NCBI GenBank assembly: GCA_964035545.1
Contig: OZ037768.1
Coordinates: forward strand, 23,159,319 to 23,223,318
Direction: 5' to 3'
Length of the DNA: 64,000 nt
DNA from: Bugula neritina
Taxonomy: Eukaryota > Animalia > Bryozoa
In this document: positions 26,226 through 41,400 of the stretch, in pieces
Layout of the letters: each line of letters opens with the position of its first letter
Numbering within the stretch: position 1 is the stretch's first letter
Notes under the pieces: model-generated
Told to the model about the DNA's origin: nothing
What the model saw: the letters and a program-made list of their open reading frames with translations, nothing else
The model's database searches: none
Position numbers and translations under genes: made by a program

Positions 26226-29200
26226 TTAAAGATTCTGCAACAGTTCAATAGACTCTGTGTGAGCCTGTTTGTCATCTGGAGATTTCACTGGGAAGTCTCT
26301 AGCTTTTAATAAATAGATTCTAGCTTTATCTTTCTCATTCATCTTAAGATAAGTTTTAGCCAACATCAAGTGATTCATACTGTAGAAATTAGGGTCAGCT
26401 AAAAAGAAATTCATGAGTAACTGGAGACACCTATTGATAAACATCAGTCTACTTGAGTTTAAACACCATATTGTCACTGCAATGTTACCAGCTGGGCCAA
26501 TGTGTGGAAAGTAAATGAAAGACGAGTTTCAATAGAAATGACGTCTGTTTAATAGCAATCTAGAGAAGGGGTTTCACACAACTCTTTTTAAATAAAAGAA
26601 ATCATTAGTGGACATTTTCATCTACTTCACTGAGTCCAATTTTTCGACTTTACAGTCAAGGAAAGTCTTTCTCAATAATTTGCAAGGCTATCATCCCCTC
26701 GACTAGAAACTGAGTTGGAAACAAATTGAATAACTTTCTTGGTGCCTGCTGATTTATATAGCCTTTCTTCTACAGTTTTAAATCCATACTTTCCCATCCA
26801 TTAAATTTAAACTTTGAAACACATGTTTTGATCACCAATTACTTCTGCTATAAATTAATTTGGGACTACTTAGACTATGAGAGTTGTCTTTACTTACTCT
26901 TTTCTGCCATGAGGAAATACTTTAAAGCTTCTTCAAATGTTGAAGTCGGAGGTGATGAGAATATAATGGCAGCAATCTTCTGAGTATACCAGGACATGTC
27001 AGCAAAGAAATAACACCTGTAAGAAGGGAATAATACAACTTGTGCAGGTTATAAAAGAGGACAATTCCATATTTTCACATCTGTCAACTTCTGCAGCGTA
27101 GCTTATTAAACGATGCCTGAAAGCCAAAGTATATCCACAAATACTGATCTATGTTGATTAAAAAAGTCCCAGTTTCCGAATGACACTTCAACTAAAATAA
27201 TATGGTAGCAGTTTGGCAAATCTTAAAAACTTCTTTAAAATTCAAAATTAGGAGACAAAATATCTGAATACTCTTTCGCCGCATGTCGGAACATGATAAT
27301 GACCCTAGACTCTCATATTCCATCATTGAATATGTCAATGATATAAATTAATACATTTCTCATAATTTTACTAAAAGTAATAGTTTGTTAGAGAACTATA
27401 TTATTATAAATAACTCGAACCATGCTTTTTAGTGAAGTTTACCCATGAGTTTAGTAAAGATTCAAATAGAGCTACAAGGTGAATATATTTCTGAAATATT
27501 CAGCGTATCTTTACACTAAAGATAAGTGTCCACATCTACTCACTTTTGTCACTAATTCGTTCATCTCCAAATTACCTACTATTATTCAAGAGTAAGTCAT
27601 GCCTGGCAAAATTTATCTAAAGTGAGAAGTTGAACAGCTCAGAGTAATAACTTCACAGCATTAACTTCCAACACTTCCGTACTTATTAATAAACTAATAT
27701 TGATGGGGAATTGTCTACTCGAGACATTCATGCAGGTTTATAGACTAAGAGCACACTGACCATTGTCCCAGGCAGTACATGGATGTGGCATCTTTAGGAT
27801 TCAACTCTATAGCTTTCTACAATCATTAGAACCAAAGCAACTCATAACATGCCTGGCTTGTAGTGATTCTACTTGAATTTCCTTTTACACCATATCATAT
27901 TGCAGGTAAACACAAGGTCTGTCAGATGGTGCATACAAGTATTTTTATTCTTTTTCTAACTAGAGTTACTATAGCAGTAAAACCAGAATGTTGGCCAATG
28001 AAAAGCTGGGATTTAACAAGCTGAGATATGATAAGCTGGGCTATGACAAGCTGAGATAAGACAAGCTGGGATATGATAAGCTGGGCTATGACAAGCTGGG
28101 ATATGATAAGCAATGATAGCAATGACCACTGGCCAATAAATGCTGTTAGGTTTAGAGTGCGAGTCTTAGCCAGGGGCCCAACAAGGAGACCGAGAGCTAA
28201 AGTAGCCCAACTAATAGTCTAAGTAAGTGTCTCTGTTCTTATATGTATTTCAATCGCTGAACTCAACTGGCTAAATGAGGAAAGAATATTATTCAAAAGT
28301 TAAAAAATTACTCAACTTGTAAAACTAGCATAAAATGTTATGTTCCAGGTTATTCATTTGAAATTACAATCTTGACCCAATTAAAAAATCTACAGAAACT
28401 TTAAACTATCTTCCTGCAGCCAAAAACAATTCCAACAACACTTTCCAATAAAAGACATCTATATTTATTCTAGAACATTCTAGGAAAAGAGAAGAAAAAT
28501 GTATATATAAAAGTGAACGAACCATAAAGTGGTCCTGAACGATATAGGAGTATTGTATCTTCTGTTTGTTCCCCTCATAATCACCAACATAGTTTAGCAT
28601 TAGAGCATACCACTAAAATATATATATTCTAGTATTACCAAATACATGTATAAACAGTATTACAATATATACAGTATTACAGGATACACTGAAAATGAGT
28701 GCTTTGATAAAATATTTATTCTTTTTGTTAAGACTTGAGTTTATAACATCATAAGAAGTGGGAAGACAACTACAACAGAGTTGGCATAGATTATGGTTTC
28801 AGATGAATAAAAATGATTCTCTTTCTATTTAGTAAAAATGTTTAAAAAAAGCAAAATAGTAACACAACTAGTTAAGATATAGTTTGAAGAGGTATTAATA
28901 GCAGCAACCGTAGCCATTATTCTAAGTATACACTTTGCTGAATAAGCATATCAAAAGTTTAGACAAAGCTAAATTTAATAGCAATAGATTATATCAATAC
29001 CAACATCCACCATTTAACAATCATGCTCATTTAGCGCAACCAATTAAAGTCAATGGCAAGATTATAACTTAAACATTAACAATTCATATATCAAATTAAA
29101 TAAATGAGCTGCAAACTGAATTTTTCTTTTGAAAAGATGGCCAATAGTTATCCAGAAATAATTAGTTAATTTAAAGCGTGTGATATTGCTGCCTCATGGT

Positions 29201-32004
29201 TGCCTCACACAGCCCCTTGTTTGCTGCCTCATGGCTGCCTCACACAGTCCCATGTTTGCTGCCTCGTGTAACTACTTCATGGCTGCCCAACACAATCCCT
29301 CCCTGCTGAGTATTAGCTGTATGAACCCCTGACACACCACTGTAGGTCGGCCACTAGATGACTACCAGAAGCTGAGAATGTCACCAGAGTGCGTAGAAAC
29401 TAGCAAAGTCCAGTTTCCATGCCTCGCTTATGTGTAGATTTTGCAATGAAATGTCAAGCTGTGACTATTCAATGAATGCGGGTTGCAATTTCCCATCTGC
29501 TATTCATTCATCACAGCACTTAAATAGCAGCCACCTTCTAGCAACATTTCCTGACCTTTTCGCAGACGACCTCCACGGCAGACGCAGAATGACTGAAGGT
29601 CGCAGAGTAATCAATAAGTTGATCAATTCCCGGTATTCTGTACCAGCAGTAGTTCCGGTTTACTCGGCTTTACGAATTGTGAATCAAATGAGCGGAATGC
29701 CGAATAATAATGTGGTACAGGTATAATATGTGATAGTATAATATATATAATAGTATAATATATAATAGTATAATATATATAATAGTATAATATATAATAG
29801 TATTATATATAATAATATATCGGCATGTCTCAAATGCTTTGTAACCAAACAATTGAATGTAATTTCAGCAAATATGTGGGAGTAACTTTGGTTTAACAAC
29901 AGTATTATATTTCTATGTTAAGTTGAAATAACAGTTTTTCTTTTTTATAAGCATGACGTAGGTTCATTGTTTTCACCTTTTTCTATGGCAGTTTTCCAAC
30001 TCACAGTCTATTTTATTCTCTTAACTCACAGTCTAATTCATTCTCTTAACTCACAGTTTATTTTATTTTCTTAACTCACAGTCTATTTTACTCTCCATGC
30101 ATTTACAAACTCAATTCACAAAAAAATGCAGAAGATTACACCCCCCTTCCCCTCAACATATCAATTTACTTTGTGACAAGAGCCGCATTTGTCAGACAAC
30201 TCCAAACTCCTCTTTGCATGTTGGAATCCTTCGTACATCAGTTTCTTCCTTTCTTCGGATTTCGGATTGCAATTTTTTGCTTTATCACAAGCGGCCCTAA
30301 AGTTGTTAAAACTATATAAAAACACTTCCAACAGACGGCTTGTAGCCAATTATTTACGCAATCACATTTCTTGTAACAATTATTTTAGAAATTTAATCCT
30401 TACAGGAAATTAGAAGATTTGTCCGCCCACAAATAAAAACACTTTTTTCCACTTCAAGCTTTATACAGACACAGTAAAACTAAGCTTGCCATAACACTTT
30501 ACAGCTCATACATAGTCCATTCTCTTTATATAATCTTGTACCATTTAAACTATTTCACCTGGCAAGTCGCCAACAAAGCTGCGCGCTGTCAGTATGTTCA
30601 AACTTTTTGAGAAATTCGTACAATCTGTCTACTTGGTACTGGGAGAAGAGAGAATCTGCTTCTGCTATGGCCCTTTCTTCTTCTTGCTTACCTGAACAAC
30701 AAACAGCACTAAGTGTACAGTGTACGGAGATAACTAAACTATGTGAACAGAGCTGTGGGATTGATGTAACTATGTGAACAGAGCTGTGGAAATGATGCAA
30801 CTCTGCAAACAGAGCCGTGGGCTATTAAAGCAACAGTTTTCATTTAATCAATTTAAATCAACCATTTTAAAACAACAATACGAATTTAGTTGTATTGAAT
30901 CATTTTCGATAATAAAATAACTACAATTAGCTCAATGCACAGCAACTCAAGATAAGATCTTGTTTCAATTATAGTGTACTTTAAAACTATGATAGTGAAT
31001 CTATCTCATCTTTCAATATAATTGTTAACTTCCAGTAATAACCGACTGTCCAAATATGAGGTCGAATAGCCGAGGTTCCTGCTCAGTCCAGGTAAACTGC
31101 GGGCTCACCTGATAGCCTTCAGACACACCAACATTCACAGAGAAGAAGGCCTTACTGCTGTGACCGCACAATGCTTAGACTACGCATAAAGTGAACAAAA
31201 CCCGAAACATTTGCAAACGCCGGTTTACATAATAAGTTTGAGTTTAAAACATTGAAAATAGCTAGTTTGAGCATGCCCAGCAGGTGCAAAAAAATAATCT
31301 GCGATATTTATCAAACATAAACAATGCATTCATGCACAGCCGTGACTGCAAGACACACAAACACAGTTAGATTGATTTACAGACCTAGTTTATGCTTGTA
31401 GGAATGTACAGGGTTGGCTTCAGATGCATTCACTGTAAGAGCTATTCCAGAGAGACAATACATTGTTCCACCTCCAACCTGCAAACAAGTGAAGTGGCAG
31501 CAAAGTGTCAATGAGGTATCATTTAGTGAAGTGTCAGCTAAGTGTGAATGTATGCATAATCTGAGACACAACGTTTCCAATTAAATCATTTTCTACCATC
31601 TAATGACAACAACAATATAAATCATTTCCATAAACAAGTTGCCTTCCTCTAACAATAATTATACACTGTGGATATCTGAAACTATACCACATGCCCCATA
31701 ACCATCCTAAGTTACATGTAAACTGGTGAAGAACACAGCAACCACATAAATAAACTGTAAAGAACACAAAATCTGAAGAAGATAGATAAATATTATATAT
31801 TATAATAATGACAACACACTTATACAGCAACAACATTTAAATATAAATGCATTTAAAACTTACCAAAAATTTAAAATACGAAGATAGATTTCGGTAAGTT
31901 TGTTGTCGCCAGTTGGGTAGGCGAGGTGGGTGCCTACATTGAAATCTACGCACAGTATTGCCTAAGAACTGCAAGATCAGTCTATTCACAGACCGGCCTC
32001 TCAT
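26226..32004 (-). CDS. RMDN1: Regulator of microtubule dynamics protein 1 (TPR). Exons ~32004-31864, 31478-31385, 30691-30559, 30297-30170, 28612-28523, 27817-27761, 27016-26898, 26398-26226
   Basis: CWRLARA, CHKWYA, AIELNPKDATSMYCLGQWCYFFADMSW, SSPPTSTFEEALKYFL, DPNFYSMNHLMLAKTYLK. The Arg-rich N-terminus resembles a mitochondrial presequence; the first two exons are less certain. Confidence 0.9.
28002..28112. repeat. 15 bp minisatellite (aagctgggatatgat), ~7 copies, in an RMDN1 intron
   Basis: Tandem repeat read directly. Confidence 0.9.
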
Positions 32005-33480
32005 ATCTGCTGAATTTAATGCTACGTATCCAATGTGCAACTAGCAGTACACACTTTGCATTCACCTATCAATAAGTGTAATCAAATGTAACTTTTGTAA
32101 CACCAGTAAAACTAGATCAATAGCTTGACTACTCAAACCTTTTATAGCATGTACTAGCACCCTGCAGAGTTGTAGGCATAATCACAATATTAGTTTATGA
32201 CATATTTGTGCTTGTATTTTGATTGGTAGATGACTAGATCATATACACAGGTTAATTAGTAGTTAGTAAAGTCACATCAGCACATAAGCTTAGGAATAAA
32301 ACGAATGATAGTAAAAAAATCATACTAAATATTATAAAATGTCATACGACAACCACACTAAAACTAAATAATTTTGGTTCACAGTGACTTCAGTAATTTG
32401 TGATTTGAGTTCTAGATATTTTGTGACCAAACTTTTATCTGACATCAATAGAGCAGTCAAACATTATTTTTACTAGTTTGAATAACTAAAATGGTTTATT
32501 TATAAAACAATTTGAAGTTTTAAACAAATAGAACACCAAGATCGGAGTCGAACTAAAACTTTATAAATTTCCAGGAACTTAAAACAACTCAAACTGAAAC
32601 TTAGAGTTTGCCTGAGCAAATGCAATTGATCAGTAGTACTAGTACTAACATTACTACTACTACTACTACTTTTACTCAATTACTGCTATCATTATCAGCT
32701 ATGATTGTTAATCAAAACTTTTATGTTAACACACCTCTCCGGACAACCAATTTACTAATTGAGATAAAGCAATAAATATAATACTAATTATCGAAGTGAG
32801 AAGACTCCTCTAAGTTTATGGTTATTTTTTATCAATAGCAACGTTTATACTATTAGCTGTGGATATTTGAAACTGACCGGTTAAAAATGTTGCTATGCTT
32901 ATAGTACCCGCAAAAACTTGCGAACATATTTGAACTTACGCTAATGTAGGAAATAGCGTGTTTGCGTTTGGTTAAAGCCAGGCATTGTGGACTGTCAATA
33001 AGAGCGCGCAACTCTCAATAAGGCTAACTTGCAGCTTACAAATTGATAACCTAGTTGAGCTAATGATGCTACCACAGTAAGCACGCACAATTAAAAATTA
33101 TATTCCTGTTCGCATCACTGAAAACATATACATTCTATATTGAATGAGTTGAGCTAGAGAATTCATATTTGTTGCAGTCACCATTTTGATATGCATATGG
33201 CGATTCAACTTGCAATACGTATGTATAAATGCAAATGTATTAATTTACGTACAGTAACTATTGTAGTCTTACAATTTGTTTATTATGTTATTATTTATCA
33301 CAGTTTATTTATTAACTTATAGCTTCTGTTCAACACAATTTGATAAGCACATGGCATCAAAGTCCAGTGCCACAAATTCATTTTTTAAGATAACGCTGAT
33401 GTGACATCATCTATGCCAGAGAGGTTTGTGAGACACATTGGTAAATATACATTTCACAACATTTATTACATTCATCAAAA

Positions 33481-34623
33481 TTAATTCGATTTATCTGCAG
33501 ACAGGGAATGTTCAATATCACCCAACAACAAACTATGATAAAAACCTTTGTGAAAATTTTCGGCAGTCATATATAAATGCAAGTCGCCGAGTTTATGAGT
33601 TACCACAATACTATTGTTACAAACAATGTCACCAGGTCTAACAGTGAAATGTCTATTTCCAATGATATTACCGACTATAAGTCTAAACGATGAGGTTGAT
33701 TCGTTGTAATAAATCCTTCTGACGGAGATTCTAGAGGTGAATAGTACAGCAGAGGCGATTACAGTACTAATGAGCAAACCGAAAACTAGTAGAAAAGGAG
33801 ATATTTCATAGTCTATTTGAGAGGGGTGAAGGTCATCTTCCGTGTCTACGAAATACTCCAGAGCAGGTTTGCTTCCATAATACGCAATACTGAATGGAGT
33901 CATCACGATCAGCAATTTCAATGATGTAAAAAAGAAAGTGTTACTGGATCTAAAAATACAATAATTGAAATATTATTTGTACAATTTGGGAGTTGTGTGC
34001 TCCAAGACAACTTGTACAATTTCATTACAGGTAAAGCTGATAAAATACATGCAATGTCACATTTTATATCACAATATCTCATTCTTTGAGATAAAAAAGG
34101 AATTTTTTTACAGAACTCTGGTTGGAATAGTCTGAACCCCGTCTCTCACTTGTATACTGCTCGGTAATAGCAATAGTAATGGCAATGTAAACAGGTTTTA
34201 TGTACACATTGTGCATAGCCACCCTCCGTCTACTCACCGATAAACTAACTTCTCCTTGTCCGTGACTCTATCAAACCAGCGTTCACCTAGACCTACACAC
34301 TTTCTGATAGCGGTAGTGAAAGGCAATATATACCCACGTTTCGCAGTGTGCAGTTGCCTCCTACTACAACGTAGCTAAAATTTATAAAAGATATGTTATA
34401 TCAAGTTAAACTAATTCACAAATTTGCTACAGCATGACAAATTTCAAGTTATTGGATATTAAAATTATGATAACAATTAAAAAAAAGAATTAAATACATA
34501 GAAAATATAGAGTTAAACTATGGCCTACACCAAGTAACAAATTTTAAGAATTTGCTCAACCAACACTTGGCTTGATGCCAAGAGTCTAAAAACTAGCTCA
34601 ACCGGTAACCATAAGATAGACAT
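33481..34623 (-). CDS. Mitochondrial inner-membrane protein of the TMEM70/TMEM186/TMEM223 family. Exons ~34623-34561, 34374-34238, 33948-33481
   Basis: Presequence-like N-terminus, then KLVYR, two hydrophobic helices and RISVRRIYYNESTSSFR..GNIIG..F...DI. This matches the family layout from memory; the paralogue is not resolved. Confidence 0.6.
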
Positions 34624-37600
34624 CCTATTTATAAGAATAAATGAAGCAGTATAAATGGAAGATTGAAAATTAGCTTACAAAAATATTCTGTGCACATAAT
34701 GGATGTGGCTGCAGCAGCATTCCTCTCATCATGGAAGACATATGTGAAGGCATTACCCTAAAATTGATCAAATAAAATGATGATGGAATCTATCCAAGCT
34801 AATAAAATTTAATATTCTATTCATTTTCATTTTATGTAAAAAAAAATTTTATGCAACAATTATCAACAGAAAATCGCAAGATTAATTAAATGCATCTTAA
34901 TCTCAGTGTAAACTATAACCTTGAAATAGTTGTTAAAGTAAATTAAACTGCTTTATGATTAAGTTTAACTCTTATAGCACAGTTTGAGTCACCTTTACAG
35001 CCAGAGTCAGTGTGAGTGTTACACTCCTTGGCTCTGAGTCAGCGTCCTACTGACACTCACAGTAACTGAGTGACCGTCACTGGTCACTGTCATCTTTAAT
35101 AATCATAATGATGATGATCAAATAATCAATCATCAAATTTAAATTCAAAACTATTCATCATGATTAAATTCAATGACATTGACTCATTGAATGACAGTCA
35201 TTGTCATTATGATTATCGATCTGTCGATACCTGTCGATACCTGTCGATGTTATTTCCACACTGGACCTCCCTAGAGGGAAGAAGGGGTGTGCCGCATATA
35301 GAAACTAAGTTGTCAGTACTTGGACAGTAATCTAAAAAGTGTTAACATTCTTGTGCAGATTAACTTAACAGGCTAACTAGCCTGTCTGTGTGTGATCAGT
35401 GCTGATCCTCATATCTCATATCCTCATACTAATACTCATAATCATAGTGATAGTCATACTGACTCATACTCATAGTGATACTGATAGTCATAGTCAAACT
35501 CAATGTCAATTGTCATACTGATACTCACAATCACAATCACAATGACTGAATGAGTCCTAGAGTCAGTTGCACACAGGTCCAACTATCAATTATAATATAT
35601 TCAACTTATACTTTACAGCGACTCGAATAAGTTTTTTAGGTGTATACGCAAAAACTGAGCATGCTGCGAGGAAAAAATCTGATAATGTTCAAAAATTGAG
35701 GATTAAATAATTAAGAATGTAACCCTTGCTTGTTGCTACACTCTATTATTGGCGAGAATTATCGAGCAAAACGCATCGCATGGAAGTCGCTATAAAAGAC
35801 TTTGGTTTCCGGATACTGCTATTTTGGAGACTGGGTCTCAGCTTAGCAGTTACTTGTTTCTATATTAGTGTAATATACAGTGACACTTGCAGCATCACAA
35901 GTTTACTTTACCTATAGTTCTACTTGGAAGTCCTAACTTATATCATATCTGGTTGGTTATTGAACGGCAATTTTTTCATGAATGATAATCATAATGCTAG
36001 GTAATTTCTGCAGTACGTGTCTAATAAGTTTCTACAAAAATTCAGCTTTCAGGTGGTAAAACTACTACTACTCTACTAGTACTAGTAGTAGTACTACTAC
36101 TAGTACTAGTAGTAGTTTCTTTTTATTTTTTAATGTTCAGTTTCACTCTTCATAATCACCCAGTCTCACCAGTCTACTTACTAGTCTGTCAGTGGCAATG
36201 TCACGGGTAATCCCCAAGCTGAAACTCTACGCTAATAACCAACAGGCAAAAGCTCCCAACAGTAGACGTAGTACTAGTAGTAAGTTTCTTTGAAACATGA
36301 AAAATGCTTACTGATACTGAACGTCAAGGCTCAAAGTGGAAATGAAAATTAAAATATGAAATCATTAATAATTAAATTTAATGAGCTTAAAGCTAGTTTA
36401 AATAAGCTTAGAGCTCGTCCTACTCTTAGTCTTAGAGTCGGAGTCTGACAGTTTCTCTAACTCTTACTCTTAGCTTTCTGAATTCATCGTTTTTCCCATT
36501 ACCATTACTATTAGTATTAATAGTATTACTATTAGTACCATTACTATTAGTATTAGGTTTATTACTTTTTGTATTACTTATACTTATAGTTATACAAATA
36601 CAGTAAACTTTTCGTTTCCCCCAGCTTACGGTATGAGTTTTGCTATTAGTATAGATATTATTACTATTCGTATTGCCATATTTATAATTAAAATTATTAT
36701 ATTTATATTATACTTAGTGAATTGCGATTATAAATTTAAACTGGTGAAACTGTCACTAGAAAGTGGTAGGTATTACTGTGGTGAATGTGATGCCTATGTC
36801 AATGTGTTTCATCATGAGTATCACTATGTCTATTAGTATTAGTATTAACTAAATCGGTGTATTGGTAGCAGTGTTGTTATTAAATATAGACTTGGAGTTA
36901 TTATCAATGTATAGTATTGTGATTTATAATTTTAATATTAACATTATTGATTAATAAATTATGCCTATACACTCAAGTAACTGTATTCACTTGATAATGT
37001 TAAACCTAATCGATTATGATTATGGTAATGATAGTTATAGATGTAACTATAATGTTATAACTATAACTATAGTTGTAGTTATAGATAATACTTGTACTAA
37101 TAAAAAATCCATACATTATGTGATTTTTTTATTTGTTAGCAATTCTAAGCTCAATAGTTATTTTGCTTAAACTCGCAAAATCGTTCTAATGACTTATAGT
37201 ATTACTACTGCTAATAAAAGTAACGATACATTTAAAAAGTAAAGAAATAATAAAACTTATTATTATACACTTAGACTTACAGTTGGTGTTACTCTCAATT
37301 TTATTATACAAAAGTAAATAATTTTGTTGACATTTGAAGTACTTTATTGTTCTCTTTTTGTTTGGCAGAAAAAAAGAAGTTAAGATAAGTTAGGATATTT
37401 AATAACGCCCATTAAACATTGCTGAGCTTGTTCAACGGTGGTAAGTTGTGTACTATAATTAGTTTGTAGTATACATGCACAAGCTACTGCCATTATGATA
37501 AACCAATGGCTCTTTATAAAACTGCAAAAAATTAAATTTTCTAGTTCAAGAATAATTAAAAATTAATAATTCAATCATTTTTATAAGTTGTATCAATAAT

Positions 37601-38427
37601 GGCGAGTATAAGAAAATAAATTTTGAACAATTTTTTTTAAACTTTGAATGTTTTAATTTGTTTTTTCTTTCAGATAGGCTTAGTTTGAAAATATAAATTT
37701 CTACTCTTTGTCTAAGTTTTTTGCCCAACTTTTTTCTCATTACTATCACTTTTTGCTTTTGCATAAATTAAGTTTTAATTTAAAAAAAAAACTTTCTATG
37801 TCGAATGTTATATATGTAGTAATGGCTGTACTTGTTTAAGAATTCGAACTTAGTTTAGCAATGCTTTATTTTTGAGCGCTGGAATAGCTTAGTTATCTTG
37901 ACGATACATGTGGGTCATTCTGGAATAAATTATACGAGTTTTGCCGCCAGCTGTGGGTAAATCTAGGCTGCATGTAGGTGGCAGTAGTCCAACATCATGA
38001 ATACTGATTGTAGCCAATTGGCTGAAAGTCAACTGCTCGAGTTGATGGTTTTTCTCTCTTAGTGCAAAGCTGTCAATTGCTCAGTTTGATTTGATCTCTA
38101 AATTAGCCTTTGATGTAGTCTTTAGATTCACTTGACACTCTGACTATAGCTATTGCTGTTAGTACAAGGTTGTTAGCCTCGCGTATTCATAATGTGAAGG
38201 TACCTCATAAGTTACTCACTCATTTACTCTCCTCTCTGTAATTATAATTGTTTCCTTCCATACTCATACATAATTGTAATGCATTAGATGACCAGCTGCT
38301 GCATTTCTGTGACCCTTTGCAAGGCTACTTACATCTGGTGGATAATCAATATCAACTCAACTATATTTCCAATCTCTCTCCTGTATCCATTACTTTGTTA
38401 TTCATTACTTTGCCTTGTGTAGGAGTC

Positions 38428-41400
38428 ATGAGCTCCCGGAATCCATCTTCTGCCAAGTATAGGAGTGGTTCCCACAGAAATGGCGCACCGGTTAGAACTC
38501 ACAATAAGCCGGTGGCTCCAGTGCCGGCTGGGTTAGTTCCGGCAGCACCAGCTGCTGAAGAAAGGGGTGTAGACATCAACCAGCTAGTGCACAGCTTCAT
38601 AGAACAGACGGGGGTGATGGATGAGGCACTGGCCAGGGATTTCCTAGTTGGTAGGTTATGATGTCACTCCTCTGTGTGTCTAAGTCTCAACTGTTGATAC
38701 GTCAACTGTTGATACGTCAACTGTTGATACGTCAACTGTTGATACGTCAACTGTTGATACGTCAACTGTTGATACGTCAACTGTTGATACGTCAACTGTT
38801 GATACGTCAACTGTTGATATGTCAACTGTTGATACGTCAACTGTTGATATGTCAACTGTTAATATGTTAGCTGTTCATACGTTAAATGTTGATATATCAA
38901 CAGTTGACATACCAACTGTTGATATCTCTACATGAGTGTACTGTTTCATAGCAGTAAATATACTATACTGAAATAAAAATAGATAAAGTGGGTTCGCTAC
39001 ATCACCAGCCTCTCTCTCTGTTTGTATTCACATTCTTCATGTTTCCAGCTAAGAATTGGAACCTTCCAGAAGCCGTGACGAGCTACAAACAGACTTTCCT
39101 CTCAGAAGGTGACCAGATGAACCAACCAGCCTCCCCCCTTGCCACCTCCCCCGTTACTTCAGACAATCCCTGGCGTAAACCACCTAGCCTTGTTTCTCAG
39201 AACACTAGCTTTAAATCTCAGTCTACCGCTTCTAGTGAGTGTATTCTGTGCTTGTTACCAACTCCATTATACCCAGTATAGATCACTGTTGTGTGAGCTG
39301 AAGGAAACATGGAAATTCTTGTTAATTGATGAAAAATAGTCTATCAAAGATTTTTAGGTGATTTAAAAATTAGGGTGTTTCTTGAATGAAACAAATTTAT
39401 TTAATTGAAAGTAGAGTCAAAATAATAGCAAAAGAGACAAATTATGTGGAACACCACTCCACTCAATTCTATCTACTAGATTTGTATGTAGAACTGTGTG
39501 AAAGGTTTTAGAATAGAAATATGCAATGATTGGCTAAAGATTTCTCATTTCACTGTAAGAGGATTTCCTATTGGCTACTTCTAGATAATAATATCGATAG
39601 AGATCGACACCAGTTTGTCCGAGGTCTCTCCAAGGTGTACGAACTTCGTGACGGTGCAGAGAGCATCAAAATAGACAAAGACAATTTGCTGAATGAGTCA
39701 TCGCTGCCAGAAAATGGCTCTTCTAAGCATCACCATAGCACCAGTATCAGGTATTGTACTGTATATTATATATCGTAGGTTAGTAGCAGATGTTATACTG
39801 TATATAGTAGATTGTTATCAGGTATTATTCTGTATATAGTAGGACGTAGGTTAATATCAGGTATTATACTGTATATAGTAGGTTATTATCAGGTATTGTA
39901 CTGTATATAGTAGGTTAGTATTATACTGTATATAGTAGGTTAGTATCAGGTATTATACTGTATATAGTAGGTTAGTATTGTACTGTATGTCCTAGACTCC
40001 TATGTTATTTGTTATTTAGAGTGTCATGCTTTGCCCATTTCCTACTCTATGACTAGTAGGTGGTAAATGTGGTGTGAGATTTGGACAGGTTAAACCATAA
40101 GGATATAATGATAATACACTTTGTCAACACATAGTTGAACATGCCATGCATACCATACAATACACTGTATACATGTAATATAGCATTTAGTATCTAAAAC
40201 AAATGTTTTTTGGTGAAATTTTTGAATGGGATATGATTAATCAGTCTGTGTTGTGTTGCTAGGCAACCAGTTTCACAACGCAATGATGAGGAAACACTTG
40301 TAATGGGCTGTTTTTCTACTACTAGAAAGTTGAGCATACACTGCTAGTACTTGTGTAGTTTAGTAACCTTTGTTAGTATATCTTCACTCTGATAGATTCA
40401 TGCCAGTGTAGATATGATGTAATTAAATAGCTCATTATTCTAGACATAAAAGAAAGATCAGGTGAGTTTGCAGAGCTAAGCACCCACCCTTACCCTAATA
40501 TATCTTAGGTGATTAGCATCATGTGTAGCTGGCATTATTTTTATTGTTGTTGTGTGCACCTATCAGCATGTGAATATACATTGATATTTGATCCCATTGT
40601 ATGTTATGTTCCTAGTTGATATATGTTAATATATGGGCTGCAAGATAAATTAGTGATTCAACTGTTTTATGTTTGTTATAAATAAACTGACTCACTCGTT
40701 ACCGCATCAGCCCATTCCTTTGTCACGTGGCCTTGTTTATCTATTGCCACAGACACGTGACTGTTGCAGATGGATTACGTTGAGTCACTATGCTGGTAAC
40801 AGTCATGCTCGGATGAGCAGCATACGAACTATTGCTGTAAATATTTCCCTGCTTTCACAACACATCCTGTTTTTTTATCAAAACTTGCAAATGATGGGGA
40901 GTCAAGCAAGGAAGAGATGTTCTTGTGAAATATTATATCTGGTTTTTTCACCTGTTTCTTTAATCATACCCTAAATTCTAAAAATAACTCGGTGGGTATG
41001 TATATTTGTCTTCCCATTGTCTTATGCTCTGGCAATAGAGTTTGTTGTTTACGCTGTAGCCTTGACAACAGCTTCATGATCCCTGACCTATCGGAGTTGT
41101 CCGAGGGACTAGCCGAGTACATCGAGCATGAACTGATAGACTTTGTTACTATGAATATTCTTGAGCAAACAGGTAGGAGTTGTGTGCCCTTTTCTAAAAG
41201 TCGCTGTGGTTGCCATAGTTACAAGTAAATATATTTGTGTATTGTGGAGCATGCCAATATAAATATTATATAGACAGTAACAGTAACTATGTGTATGGAT
41301 TGGTCACTGTACTTATACTGTATTACTATGGTCATATTACTAGCCATGTATTATATTATTGATGTAGGACACATCAACTGGTGGGCACAACACTCTCTCT

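Noticed and set aside
31108-31175. Extra RMDN1 exon ending in a strong CAG|GTGAGC donor
   Set aside because: The only open frame is out of phase with the next exon; it could be an alternative 5' UTR exon but is unsupported.
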